DNA from: Salpingoeca rosetta
Taxonomy: Eukaryota > Protista > Choanoflagellata
Assembly (NCBI GenBank): GCA_033442325.1
Contig: JAWQFM010000023.1
Coordinates: forward strand, 453,775 to 480,138
DNA length: 26,364 bases
Reading direction: 5' to 3'
Below the pieces are notes generated by a model. The model was not told the origin of the DNA and did no database searches. It saw only the letters and a list, made by a program, of their open reading frames with translations. Positions 1-9,466 of the stretch are shown piece by piece. Made by a program: the position numbers and the translations under genes. The stretch's first letter is position 1, and every line of letters starts with the position of its first letter.

Positions 1-60
<60 letters not shown>
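1..60. repeat. (AC)n microsatellite in the 3' part of an intron of gene 1
   Basis: Pure AC run from window start to 60, with a degenerate continuation to ~121 before the CAG acceptor at 139-141. Confidence 0.95.
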
Positions 61-64
<4 letters not shown>

Positions 65-141
65 TCACACACAAACAATGCACACTCGCACACACTCACC
101 CACACACGCACCCACACACACTCTCATTCTTGTCCCATCAG

Positions 142-1995
142 GTGGTGTTTGTGGTGTCTGTGAAGAAGACGGTGTACGTGGTGGCAAAGCATGATCTGCG
201 CGGGAAGGGTGTGATGTTCAAGTGCCACGGCTTCAAGGTCAAGTCCACAGCCGTGGCAAAGCAGCTGGCCCAGGAGATTGCCGTCATCTGCAACCAAGTC
301 TTCAAGAAGGTGTGTGGGTGGGTGGGGGGAGGGGGAGTGAGAGAGAGTGTGTGTGTTTGTGTGTGGGAGTGTGTGTTTGTGTGTTCTGTGCATGTGTGTG
401 TGTGTGGTTTCTTGTGCCTGACATCCACCATGTCTCCCCTTGCTATTGTGCAGCTGCGGCAAACGCGGACGTTTGTCCGATCACAAAGCACAACAAAGCA
501 GCCGTCCGGTACGGGTACAGGAGCGCATGTATCGCGTGTGCTTGCTCGCATGCATGCGTGCGCGAATGTACAAACTTGTTTGAGACGTTGTGCGCGCGAT
601 GTAGGTTGAGCAACTGACTGCCGCACACACACACACACACACACACACATGTGCGTGCAGTGTCTGCTGAGGGTGTGCCGCTGCGCAACAAGACGGATCC
701 CGACACGCGCGCGCTCAAGCGCCTCATTGCACAGACCCGCATCAGCGTCACACAGGGCGCAGACGTACGTCATGTGTCACGATAACAGTGTCGTAGTAGT
801 CGTCGTGGTGGTGGTGGTGGTGGTGGTGGTGGTACGGCAGTGCTTGTTGTGACAGCCTCTCGTTCGCTTCGTCCTGTGCTATTCACGTGCGTGTCATGCA
901 AGTAGTGTTCTTCATGTCGTGGCACTGCTGGGACTATTTGTTCACTGTGCTCCTGTGGCAATTGTTGTTTGCGCCCATGTGATGTTTGCATGTGTTGCAC
1001 GTCACCGATGCCGACCACCACTCCAACAGCACGTGGATGACGTCTCAGACAAGGACGAGGTAACGCGTGCATTTCTGTTCTCCATCCTGCGCCGATTTCC
1101 TTCTCAACAATCGCGATGTTTGGGAGCATCCACTCGTGCGTCATTCACACACACACACATACATACATACATACACACACACGCATACATACACACACAC
1201 GCACACACACAACAACAACAACAACACCACCAACACGACAGGAGGAGGCTGAGACGATGCTGTGCGGCCCGGAGCCCGCGGTGCCGGCAGAGGCGGAGGA
1301 GGGCGGTGCGGACTTTAGTGTTGTGGACGAAATCATTCGACAGCTGCAGATGTCCATCCTCGCCGTCGACGCTGCCATCGGTCCGTGATGATGATCGTGG
1401 TGGTGGTGGTGGTTTTCTGTTGTCTTTAGCGCCAACTCCTGCCTTTTCACCTGTCAAGCGCTTGTCCTCAAATCTCTTCCACCCCTGCAGTGTTCTCTCA
1501 TCCACCCGTTGTGCTGTCCGACTGTTGCATTTGTGTGTTCATGTGTGTGTGTGTTGCAATGCACGATTTGTGCTGTGACTGCAGAACAACGCGGTGAGGC
1601 GCCGTCGTCATCACAGCAACAGCAGCAACAACAGCAGCAACAACAGGAGCACGGCGCAGAGGAGGACGAGGAAGATGAGGAGGTTGCGGAGGTGGAGGCC
1701 GAGGACATTGACTTTGAAGAGTTTTCAGACGATTTCGCTCGCATGACACTTTACCTCCACGGCGACACCGTCCGAAACGTGAGGCACTTGTGCAAGCCGT
1801 GTGAATGTAGGTGTGTGTGTGTGTACGTGGGTTGGCGTCGAGATGAGTGCTTGTTGGTGCTTGTTGCCACGTGTACCTCGTACTGACTATTAGTGCACGT
1901 GCCCTGGTTTGCGTTTTTCCCGACAGCGGCCGATGCCCAAGTATGCGGAGGTGACGCTGGACAGCGATCTGTTCGACCTCACGTCCATGGTGTAA
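142..1995 (+). CDS. 3' part of a multi-exon gene (5' end outside the window): probable PTB/PID-domain adaptor with acidic/poly-Q tail and C-terminal PDZ-binding motif. Exons 142-309, 454-508, 661-764, 1030-1059, 1242-1380, 1585-1778, 1927-1995
   Basis: All exons are bounded by CAG acceptors and GT donors with consistent phases (0,1,0,0,1,0) and end at TAA 1993-1995. Exon 142-309 encodes VYVVAKHDLRGKGVMFKCHGFKVKSTAVAKQLAQEIAVICNQVF, resembling the 'CHVF...A..I...I.QAF' end of PTB domains (by eye, no HMM run). The protein ends KYAEVTLDSDLFDLTSMV*. Confidence 0.7.
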
Positions 1996-2592
1996 CCGGT
2001 GCCGCTAAAGTGACGCGGCAAACTCTCCTCGACACATGCACACGCACACACACATGTATGTTCACCGCTGTTGCAGGCTCGTGCTTTCTGTCATGTCCAT
2101 CTGTTCCCTGGTTGGTGTGTTGCTTCTACGTCGGCGTTTGGAGGTTTTGGGCTTGATGTTGGAGTGGAACAGAATGAAACGAAAACGCAAGCACGAAACG
2201 CAAACGAAATGGAACGAGTGGAAACGAGAGACAGCGGGATGGGAACATCAAAGAATTAAGCATCAGCAGATAGGGAACGTTGCACGTTAGGAGTCAACAG
2301 GGCACGAAACGACACAAAACCATCAGTAAGTACGCGAATGTGAGAACGAGAACAGACATGAACGCACATCAGGTAGGAGGAACAAAATGGGAACGAGGCC
2401 GATGTGGCAAACTGTCGTGAGCCACAAACAAGCAGCGTTGACAGGCAGACACAAAACGTGGAAGACAGGATGGGGAATTAGGAAAGAACGAACAGGTGCA
2501 AAGCACACAAGGAACCATACAAGGAAGCAAGTAGTCATCATCGTCGTGTTGGAGAGGGCAGGGATGGCCAAAACCAGGAAAGCAGCAAGTAG

Positions 2593-2593
<1 letters not shown>

Positions 2594-2645
<52 letters not shown>
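2594..2645. repeat. (TG)n microsatellite, intergenic
   Basis: Pure TG run. Confidence 0.95.
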
Positions 2646-2646
<1 letters not shown>

Positions 2647-2738
2647 AAGAGAAGAAGAAGAAGGGAGGGCTGGGCAGCAGATTGTATGCAAAGAACAAGC
2701 AAGAAGAAGCGACCAGAGTGAAGGGTCACCAAGATTGT

Positions 2739-3159
2739 CTTGGTTCGTCTCCACAGAGAGGACAACGCATCGTGTGCACCACGGGCGTGGTTCCCTTGCT
2801 CACGCTGCACTCCACACCATTGGAAATCACCAGGTGGGAGGCAAACAGAGAGCATCAGCAGGGAGTGCGTTGTCGTCGTCAAAGGGTCCTGGGGTCCGAA
2901 AGGGATCCGCAGAAGAGGTGTCCTCACGTAAATGTGAGGAACCGACGAGTGCTGCTGCTGTGAACACAGATGTGTGTCAGCAACAAGCAAGGAAGGACGG
3001 GATCAGGCCGCACGACACAGCAAAACAGCGGAATGCTGATGCTGAAGCGTGAGCGTCGGCCTCCCACTTGATGTGCACTGGTGTGGAGTGCAGCGTGGGC
3101 AAGGAATCCACGCTCGTGGTACACACGAGGCGTTGTCCTCTCTGTGGAGACGAACCAAG
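2739..3159. repeat. Long inverted repeat: arms 2739-2842 and 3059-3159 with a ~216-nt spacer
   Basis: cttggttcgtctccacagagaggacaacgc (2739-2768) is the exact reverse complement of 3130-3159. Pairing continues for ~81 nt with 6 substitutions, then gtgggaggc/gcctcccac after an internal loop. Confidence 0.92.
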
Positions 3160-3402
3160 TAGCAGTGAAGGTGCTAGCTTGGCTGTCCCATCAGTAGGTG
3201 GTCGTCGAAAAGCTGTTCTTGCAGGGTCTGCTGTTGAGAAAGAGGGGAGGCTGGATGTTCTTGGTTGATGTGGGTGGGTGGGTGGATGCCAACGAAGGGC
3301 TTAAAGCCATTCCGTCGCGGCCACGACCCAGATGTGTTTTCGGTTAGGATAACACGCCTTGAAGGATCGTGGTTGCTGCGAAAGAAAGGCACCAAGCTGG
3401 CG

Positions 3403-5184
3403 TTAACAACGTTTGTCGCGCTTTCGAGGAAGCTCGTCGTCGTCGTCGTCGTCGTCGTTGTTGTTGTTGTTGTTGTTGTTGGTTGTGGTGGGGCTGCTAG
3501 TGGTGGTGGTGGCGGTGGGGCCGCTGCGGAAAGGGCGTTTTGGCGGCGGGGGCGGGAGCTCGAACATGTGCTTGTCCAGCCGCTTCACAAAGTCCGCACC
3601 TTCAGCAGGAGTTCTTGGGGTGCTGGCCACCGATGTGGCAGGCCGGCTGGCAGGGCGTGGCTGGGGCTGGTGCTGCTGAGGTGGATCCAAGAGGAAGCTG
3701 GGCTCACACTGCGCCAAAAGCGATACCCCGTGGAGCAGTAGCTCATCGGCCAGCAGGTCGTCCAACAAGGCATTCAGGGCTTCAGGATCAAGGCGTTCGA
3801 ATGGTGGTAGGAGCTGGAGGTCGAAGATGTCATCGTCGGCCGGTGACTGCCGTATCGTGGGGGCGGTGCTGTCGACTGGGACATGACCACGCAAGCCATC
3901 TTGCCCGCCATCTGCTGGAGACTGTGGGGTAGCAACTGGACTGGGCTCGCCGTCGCTCCATGGATGCCGCGGGTCATGCGCTTGCCAATTCGCATCGATG
4001 CCGGCGCATTCTCCAGAATCCTGCACGCACTGCGAAGCACATGATCCTGGCGGCACTTGCGGCAGTGAAGACTGGGGCACTTGCGGCAGTGAAGGATGTG
4101 GAGGCGGCTGCCGCGGGTCATGCGCTTGCCAATTCGCATCAATGCCGGCGCATTCTCCAGAATCCTGCACACGCTGCTCGTGCCCACCACCATCACCGCC
4201 ACCACCACCGCGTGGTGCGCGCACTGGTTCAAGGTGCAGTACAATGAGGCCCTCAGCAACACCCCCACAGCCGTCTGGGTCATCGTGGTCGGGATGCTTG
4301 GTGCGAATTGATGTCATTCTTTGCTTTCCGTGTGCGGCGCATGAGTCAGTTCCGGCGTCACTTCGTTCGATCGAGTTGGTTTCATTCGACGCAGATGTTC
4401 GGCCATCTTGTTTGCTTCGCCGGACGCGTTGGTCCAGCGTCGATCGCCCATTATTGCGCAAATCTCTGTACGCAAACAGGGCATCAGCATTGCCAGCTCG
4501 CGCGTGCTGCTCATACTCCTCTTGCATTTGACGATTAACAGCCACACTGAAGTAGCTAAGGCGGTGTGCCAGCTCAGAAGCTGACCCAGCTGAGCACAAG
4601 AGCCAACGTGCAGCGTTCAAGGCTTCTGTTGGTGGTTTGAAACGGGCAAGCTTGTACCGCCACAAGATGATGCGGTGACACGCGTCTTCGTCTGGGTTGG
4701 CGGTGTCAACGCTGGCCACGATGTCGCTTGATAGTATGTCATGCAATTGGATGTCGTCGAGTTGTTTCTCCATTCGTGGAAGATAGTCAACCGCTTTCTT
4801 GACGACGTCGGGAACACCACCACCCTTGGCGTTCCTGCTTGTCTGACGAACCACTTGGTTTCCGATGCTCGATCGCACCCGTTGCTCAAGGTGCGCCAGC
4901 TTCGTCATTTGCTGTCGTAGATCAGGTGGCACAGGATCCTGGCCACCCCAGACGCCGTCCCAACTGCACCTGATGTTATCCAAGCACCCAATCATGTCCG
5001 GCAAGGCGATCAATGACGTGCCAGTGAGCAGCAGGGTCTTGAAGGCAGCCGCAGGCGGAGCGGTGTTGACGTCACACTCGTTCGACTTAGCCACCCCCAT
5101 CAAAGTCTGGGAAACGCCTTGCCAGTTATCCTGCCACTTCTTGTTGCCCTGCTTCTTTCGCTTCTTCCTTTGCTTTGGCTTCAT
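3403..5184 (-). CDS. Intronless hypothetical protein (~593 aa from the first ATG) with basic NLS-like ends and a low-complexity, acidic C-terminal half
   Basis: Long open frame; the ORF-track start at 5325 is a TTG and the first in-frame ATG is at 5184 (MKPKQRKKRKK). The N-terminal ~250 aa look globular, and the protein ends in poly-N/poly-D then PRKRDKRC. No family recognised. Confidence 0.6.
   Translation of the reverse strand: MKPKQRKKRKKQGNKKWQDNWQGVSQTLMGVAKSNECDVNTAPPAAAFKTLLLTGTSLIALPDMIGCLDNIRCSWDGVWGGQDPVPPDLRQQMTKLAHLEQRVRSSIGNQVVRQTSRNAKGGGVPDVVKKAVDYLPRMEKQLDDIQLHDILSSDIVASVDTANPDEDACHRIILWRYKLARFKPPTEALNAARWLLCSAGSASELAHRLSYFSVAVNRQMQEEYEQHARAGNADALFAYRDLRNNGRSTLDQRVRRSKQDGRTSASNETNSIERSDAGTDSCAAHGKQRMTSIRTKHPDHDDPDGCGGVAEGLIVLHLEPVRAPRGGGGGDGGGHEQRVQDSGECAGIDANWQAHDPRQPPPHPSLPQVPQSSLPQVPPGSCASQCVQDSGECAGIDANWQAHDPRHPWSDGEPSPVATPQSPADGGQDGLRGHVPVDSTAPTIRQSPADDDIFDLQLLPPFERLDPEALNALLDDLLADELLLHGVSLLAQCEPSFLLDPPQQHQPQPRPASRPATSVASTPRTPAEGADFVKRLDKHMFELPPPPPKRPFRSGPTATTTTSSPTTTNNNNNNNNDDDDDDDELPRKRDKRC
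3965..4170. repeat. 62-bp direct repeat (3965-4026 and 4109-4170, one mismatch) plus a 19-bp repeat at 24-nt period (4052-4070, 4076-4094) inside the orphan ORF
   Basis: Encodes VQDSGECAGIDANWQAHDPR twice and SLPQVP twice; offsets 144 and 24 nt are both multiples of 3. Confidence 0.9.
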
Positions 5185-5413
5185 GATGGCGTCGTGTTCA
5201 AGCCGAGCAGCACAGGCAAGCAGGCACTGGGGTGGCACTTGAGCGTTTGTGTGATGTTGTTGGGTGGGGAGGGTGTGAGAAAATGCATCTTCATCGTGGG
5301 TGTTGGCGGTGGCATCAAAGTCCAATCAGTCAAGCTTTCAAATTTTCTCGTGGGGTTGTTGTCGAACACGCTGGAAGTCTGCTGTGTTGCTGTCAGTTCC
5401 AAACTCTGGCTTG

Positions 5414-5415
<2 letters not shown>

Positions 5416-5476
<61 letters not shown>
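5416..5476. repeat. (GT)n microsatellite upstream of the orphan ORF
   Basis: Pure GT run; reads (CA)n on the coding strand of the downstream - strand gene. Confidence 0.95.
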
Positions 5477-5479
<3 letters not shown>

Positions 5480-5739
5480 TGATTGCTCCCTTCACTTGTG
5501 TACTACAGTACTACTTCTGCTGCTGCTGCTGTAACGTAACAAATGCAACGCACGCGCACATACCCGCGCACATGCAACACCCACGCACATGCGCGCACAC
5601 ACATGCACCACATGCACACACACGAAAGCAACAACGGAAGCAACCTGCAACATCCTTCAGCAAAGACACAGCGACGCTGTGCTGCTTGCTAATCACGGCT
5701 TTGCATGCAGCATGCACGTGCACACGTATTTCTTTGCCC

Positions 5740-6141
5740 TCAGTAGTTCTTTGGCGCGGCCACGAAGGACCAGCTCTGCGCATCGCTGTCCTCGTCACAG
5801 GGCAGGATTTGCACGTCGTCCTGCTTGCCGCGGGTGAGGCAGTGTGTTGGCTGCAGCTTTGGCGAGAAGCGCTTCTCCTTGTGGATCCACATGTAGTCGT
5901 CCTGGTCTGGGGTGCACGCGCCCTGCCGCACGGCTAGCGAGAGCCCGATGTACGCGTCCGCCATGGTGGCGCTTGCCAAGTGGCCCTCTGCCAAGAAGGT
6001 GTGCGTGCACACGGCTCTGTGAGTGAATGTGTGCAAGCATGCATGTCACAGCCAAACGCAGGCAAGCCCGCACACGCGACCGCAGCCCACGTCATTGTAC
6101 ACAACCCTAAATACAGCCCACACCACACACACACACACACA

Positions 6142-6185
<44 letters not shown>

Positions 6186-7099
6186 ACACCACACCACACC
6201 ACACCACACCACACTACACCAAACCACACGCACACGCACACACACACCACACCACGCACACGCACACGCACACGCAAACACACACTTTCCGCTCTCACCC
6301 GTGTCGAGGACCCATTGCTGGGTGAATCCGCCGTGGCAGCCGTACAGGCCAGGCACGCCGCGCTGCTGCTGCATGTTGTCCAAGCACGTGCCCGATTTCC
6401 CCGTCGACATGACAAACACCTCCGTGCCAGGTGGCACGCCTGCTGCCGCAATACGGCGCGGTGCGTGCTCGGCGGGCTTGAACTCCCACACCTGCGCCTG
6501 CAGGGCTGCAGTCTGCACAGTGCTGGCGCTGTCGCTGGACTGTGCCGCGCACGGCTGGAGGTGCAGGCGGTTGTCTGGTGTGCGCGCAAGGCAGGAGGAA
6601 GGGTCCGCCTTGTTATGGAGGCGGCTGCCGCGCCTTTCAAACGTGAGCGCATCGCTGCGGCCCACAAGCGCAATGGTGTCGACGCGCAGGCACAGCAGCG
6701 TGACGCGCGGGTAGTGGTTGAGGTAGATGTACCCACGCGGAGAAACCACCCACTGCTGCTGGTCGTTGTGCGGCGCGCACGACTGCAGCGTGACGGGGCC
6801 GTCGTCCTTCACGCCGTTGTTGGACAGGCACTGCGCCTCGTCCTTGGACGCAATCTGGCCCGGCGTTGCGTCAATGTCCGGCACAAACACGTCGTAGGCG
6901 ACGTTGTCGAGATACCACTTGAAGGAGCGGCACTGGTTTGCCTCGCGCACCTGCCGCCGCGATGACACGTCCCCAAACTCCTTTCCATGCAGGTGGCGGA
7001 AGTCGTAGAAGATCTTCTTGTACTCGTCCATCCACACCTTTTTTGTTTGTTGGCGCGTGTGGGTGTGTGCGCGCATGTGGGCGTGTGTGTGTATGTGGG

Positions 7100-7133
<34 letters not shown>

Positions 7134-7227
7134 CGTGTGTGTGTGTGTTTGTACGTGCTCTGCATTTTTGGAGACGACGCTATGGAAACTAACCCATTCA
7201 TCCCAACCATCCACCACTCATCACAAA

Positions 7228-7277
<50 letters not shown>

Positions 7278-8955
7278 ATACACACCTCTGCGACGCGAAT
7301 GTCGTTCCGGTCGAGGTAGTAGCCGACGTTGACGGACTTGAGCTTTGGGTCCACGCTAAAGCGGTTAAACTCGCGATAGATGTGCCCGACATTGGAGCAA
7401 GGAATCCACTCCATCGACCCGCCGCACTGCCACACGCGAAAGGACAGCTCCACGTGCTCGGCGCCGTAGTACTTGATCTCGGGATCGTACGCGCCCAGCT
7501 GAAAGAACAAGTCCTTGTCAATCGCAAACAGCCCTGCACGTTGTGCGTATGTGCGTATGTGCGTATGTGTGTGTGTGTGTGTGGTGGAAATTGAGCCCAT
7601 GTTACAGTATTACGTGACTCCACAATGAGGACGTGATCCACCGAGAAAAGGTGACATGCATTACTGCAGCCGACCATGACCGACCCCGACGACGCATGGC
7701 CTCGCCCGCCCCCTCACCCCACCCATCCCTCGCTCCCCGGCACACCCACAGCACGCACAACGTCATGTAGCAAACCCCCGCACTAACCTCCTGGCATGAC
7801 GGGGCTTCTGATGGGGCGCGTGTGTGGGTGACCATCGCCAACAAGATCGCGGTCGATGTTTGCGGGCACAATGGTGAAGGTGAGGCGCCAGTTGAAGCTG
7901 CCCTTGGCGGGCGGCCACAGCTCGCCGGGGAAGAGGTCCAGCTTGTCCAGGTCGATGCCGCGGATGTTGGGCACGACCACGCGCGTGCGGTCTTCGTGGA
8001 TGCGGGCAACCAGGGGCTCGATCCACCCGGGCGACACCTCACTGTGGCTATCGAGGAAGACGAGGATCGGGTGGGACGCCTCCTGCGCCCCGCGCACGCG
8101 CGCCCCGACAATCCCGTCGTGCACGTGCCGGTGGAAGAGCTTGATCATGCCGTCCGGGACCTTGAGCTTCTTCAGGTGCTTTGGGAGCAGCTGCAGCTCT
8201 GGCAGCGTGCTGTTGTCGTCGATGAGCAGAATCTCGCCAAGCAGCTCGGGCGGGGTGCGGTTGAGCACGCTCACGACGTTGCGCAGCAGCGTGGACAAGG
8301 GCTCGTTGTAATAAATGATGATGACGCTGGACTTGGGCATGCCCCTGGGGTACGTGATGGCCTTGCACTCGTCTGACCGGATATCAGGCACATCGTGGGC
8401 GAGCGGCAGCTCGTTGGACTTTTTCAGGTTGAACCCATACTGCCTGTACATGGACTCGCGCGAGTTGAGGATGGGGTCGTCGCGGATGTTCTTTGGCAGG
8501 TCCAGCTCAAGATGCACCGGCTGCCACCAGGCACCGCCACCAGCAGCAGCAGCAACTGCGCGTTGTTGTTGCTGCCCTTGCTGCTGCTGCTGTTGTTGTT
8601 GCTGCTCTTCTTGCTTTCGTTTGAGCTGCGCCTCGGCTTCTGCCTGCCATTGCCGTTCTTGCAGCTGCCGCTCCTTCTCCGCGTTCTCCGCCTCCAGCTT
8701 TTGCTGCTGCGCAAGCATGTCCTGCTTTGCTTGCATTCGACGCAGATCCTCCAGCACAGGCGCATCGTCCCCTTGTCCCCTTGGCACCACACCATTGCCA
8801 CCACTGCCACCATCGCCAGTGCCAGTGCCAGTGCTAGTGCTGCTGCCGCTGCCGCTGCTGCTGCTGTTGTTGTTGTTGTTCAGCGTGCGCAGCCCAAGCA
8901 GCACCACCACCACCACAGCAAGCAACACCAGCTCCCGCTTCCGCGCACCTCGCAT
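5740..8955 (-). CDS. Polypeptide N-acetylgalactosaminyltransferase (GT27/GALNT family), type II membrane protein, ~800 aa. Exons 8955-7788, 7533-7286, 7037-6299, 5987-5740
   Basis: N-terminal signal anchor MRGARKRELVLLAVVVVVLLGL, Q-rich stem, GT-A motifs SVIIIYYNE, EILLIDDNS, FLDSH, SPVMPG|GLFAID, ELSFRVWQCGG, VAE|VWMDEYK and CRSFKWYLDNV, then ricin-B (CL..C..QxW) repeats. Splice phases 1,0,1 give 2403 nt = 801 codons. Confidence 0.93.
6121..6285. repeat. Compound (CA)n/(CACAC)n/(CACACG)n microsatellite in GalNAc-transferase intron 3
   Basis: Directly visible; UG-rich on the transcribed strand next to the donor at 6298. Confidence 0.9.
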
Positions 8956-9059
8956 ATCTTGGGTTCCTATATCAGGGCCGATGGCCGGGATTTGTACTGA
9001 AAATAGGCAATTCACACCAAGTGGCTGATATCTTCCACCACCTTTCCTCTGGTTTGACC

Positions 9060-9073
9060 GTTCGCTTGGCAAC
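9060..9073. promoter_or_regulatory. RFX X-box in the divergent promoter between the GalNAc-transferase and the dynein gene
   Basis: GTTCGCTTGGCAAC (reverse complement GTTGCCAAGCGAAC) matches the 14-bp X-box GTTGCCATGGCAAC with one perfect half-site. It lies ~390 nt upstream of a ciliary gene ATG and just before a CA-rich 5'UTR-like tract. Confidence 0.7.
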
Positions 9074-9466
9074 CAATCTTCCTCAACAACACATACAACC
9101 ACTACATCCGTGCACCGCCACAACACCACAACACCAACCAACAACATTTTCAACTGAACAACCCACCACCACCACCATCACCGCGACGATATTGATTGAC
9201 GTGTTGTGATTCTCTCTGACCAGGTGGGGGCTCCAGAACAAGCAAGGAGGGGTCCGAGCACACACACGCACACACACGCACGCACACGCACACACACGCA
9301 CACACACGCACGCACCCACGCACGCGCAACGCGCAGCGATCGAGGCTGGGTGAAGAACGGTCAAGGGTATTCCTTCATTCATTCACTCAATTCATCGTCG
9401 CGACACCCTGCAAGCAAGCAGCACACACCAACACCAGCAGATAGTTGGCCCAGCCACAAAAAAAAA

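Noticed and set aside
2036-3395. Short ORFs in the intergenic region, including 2387-3052
   Set aside because: They run through microsatellite and low-complexity sequence, lack the codon bias of the real genes and have no motifs.
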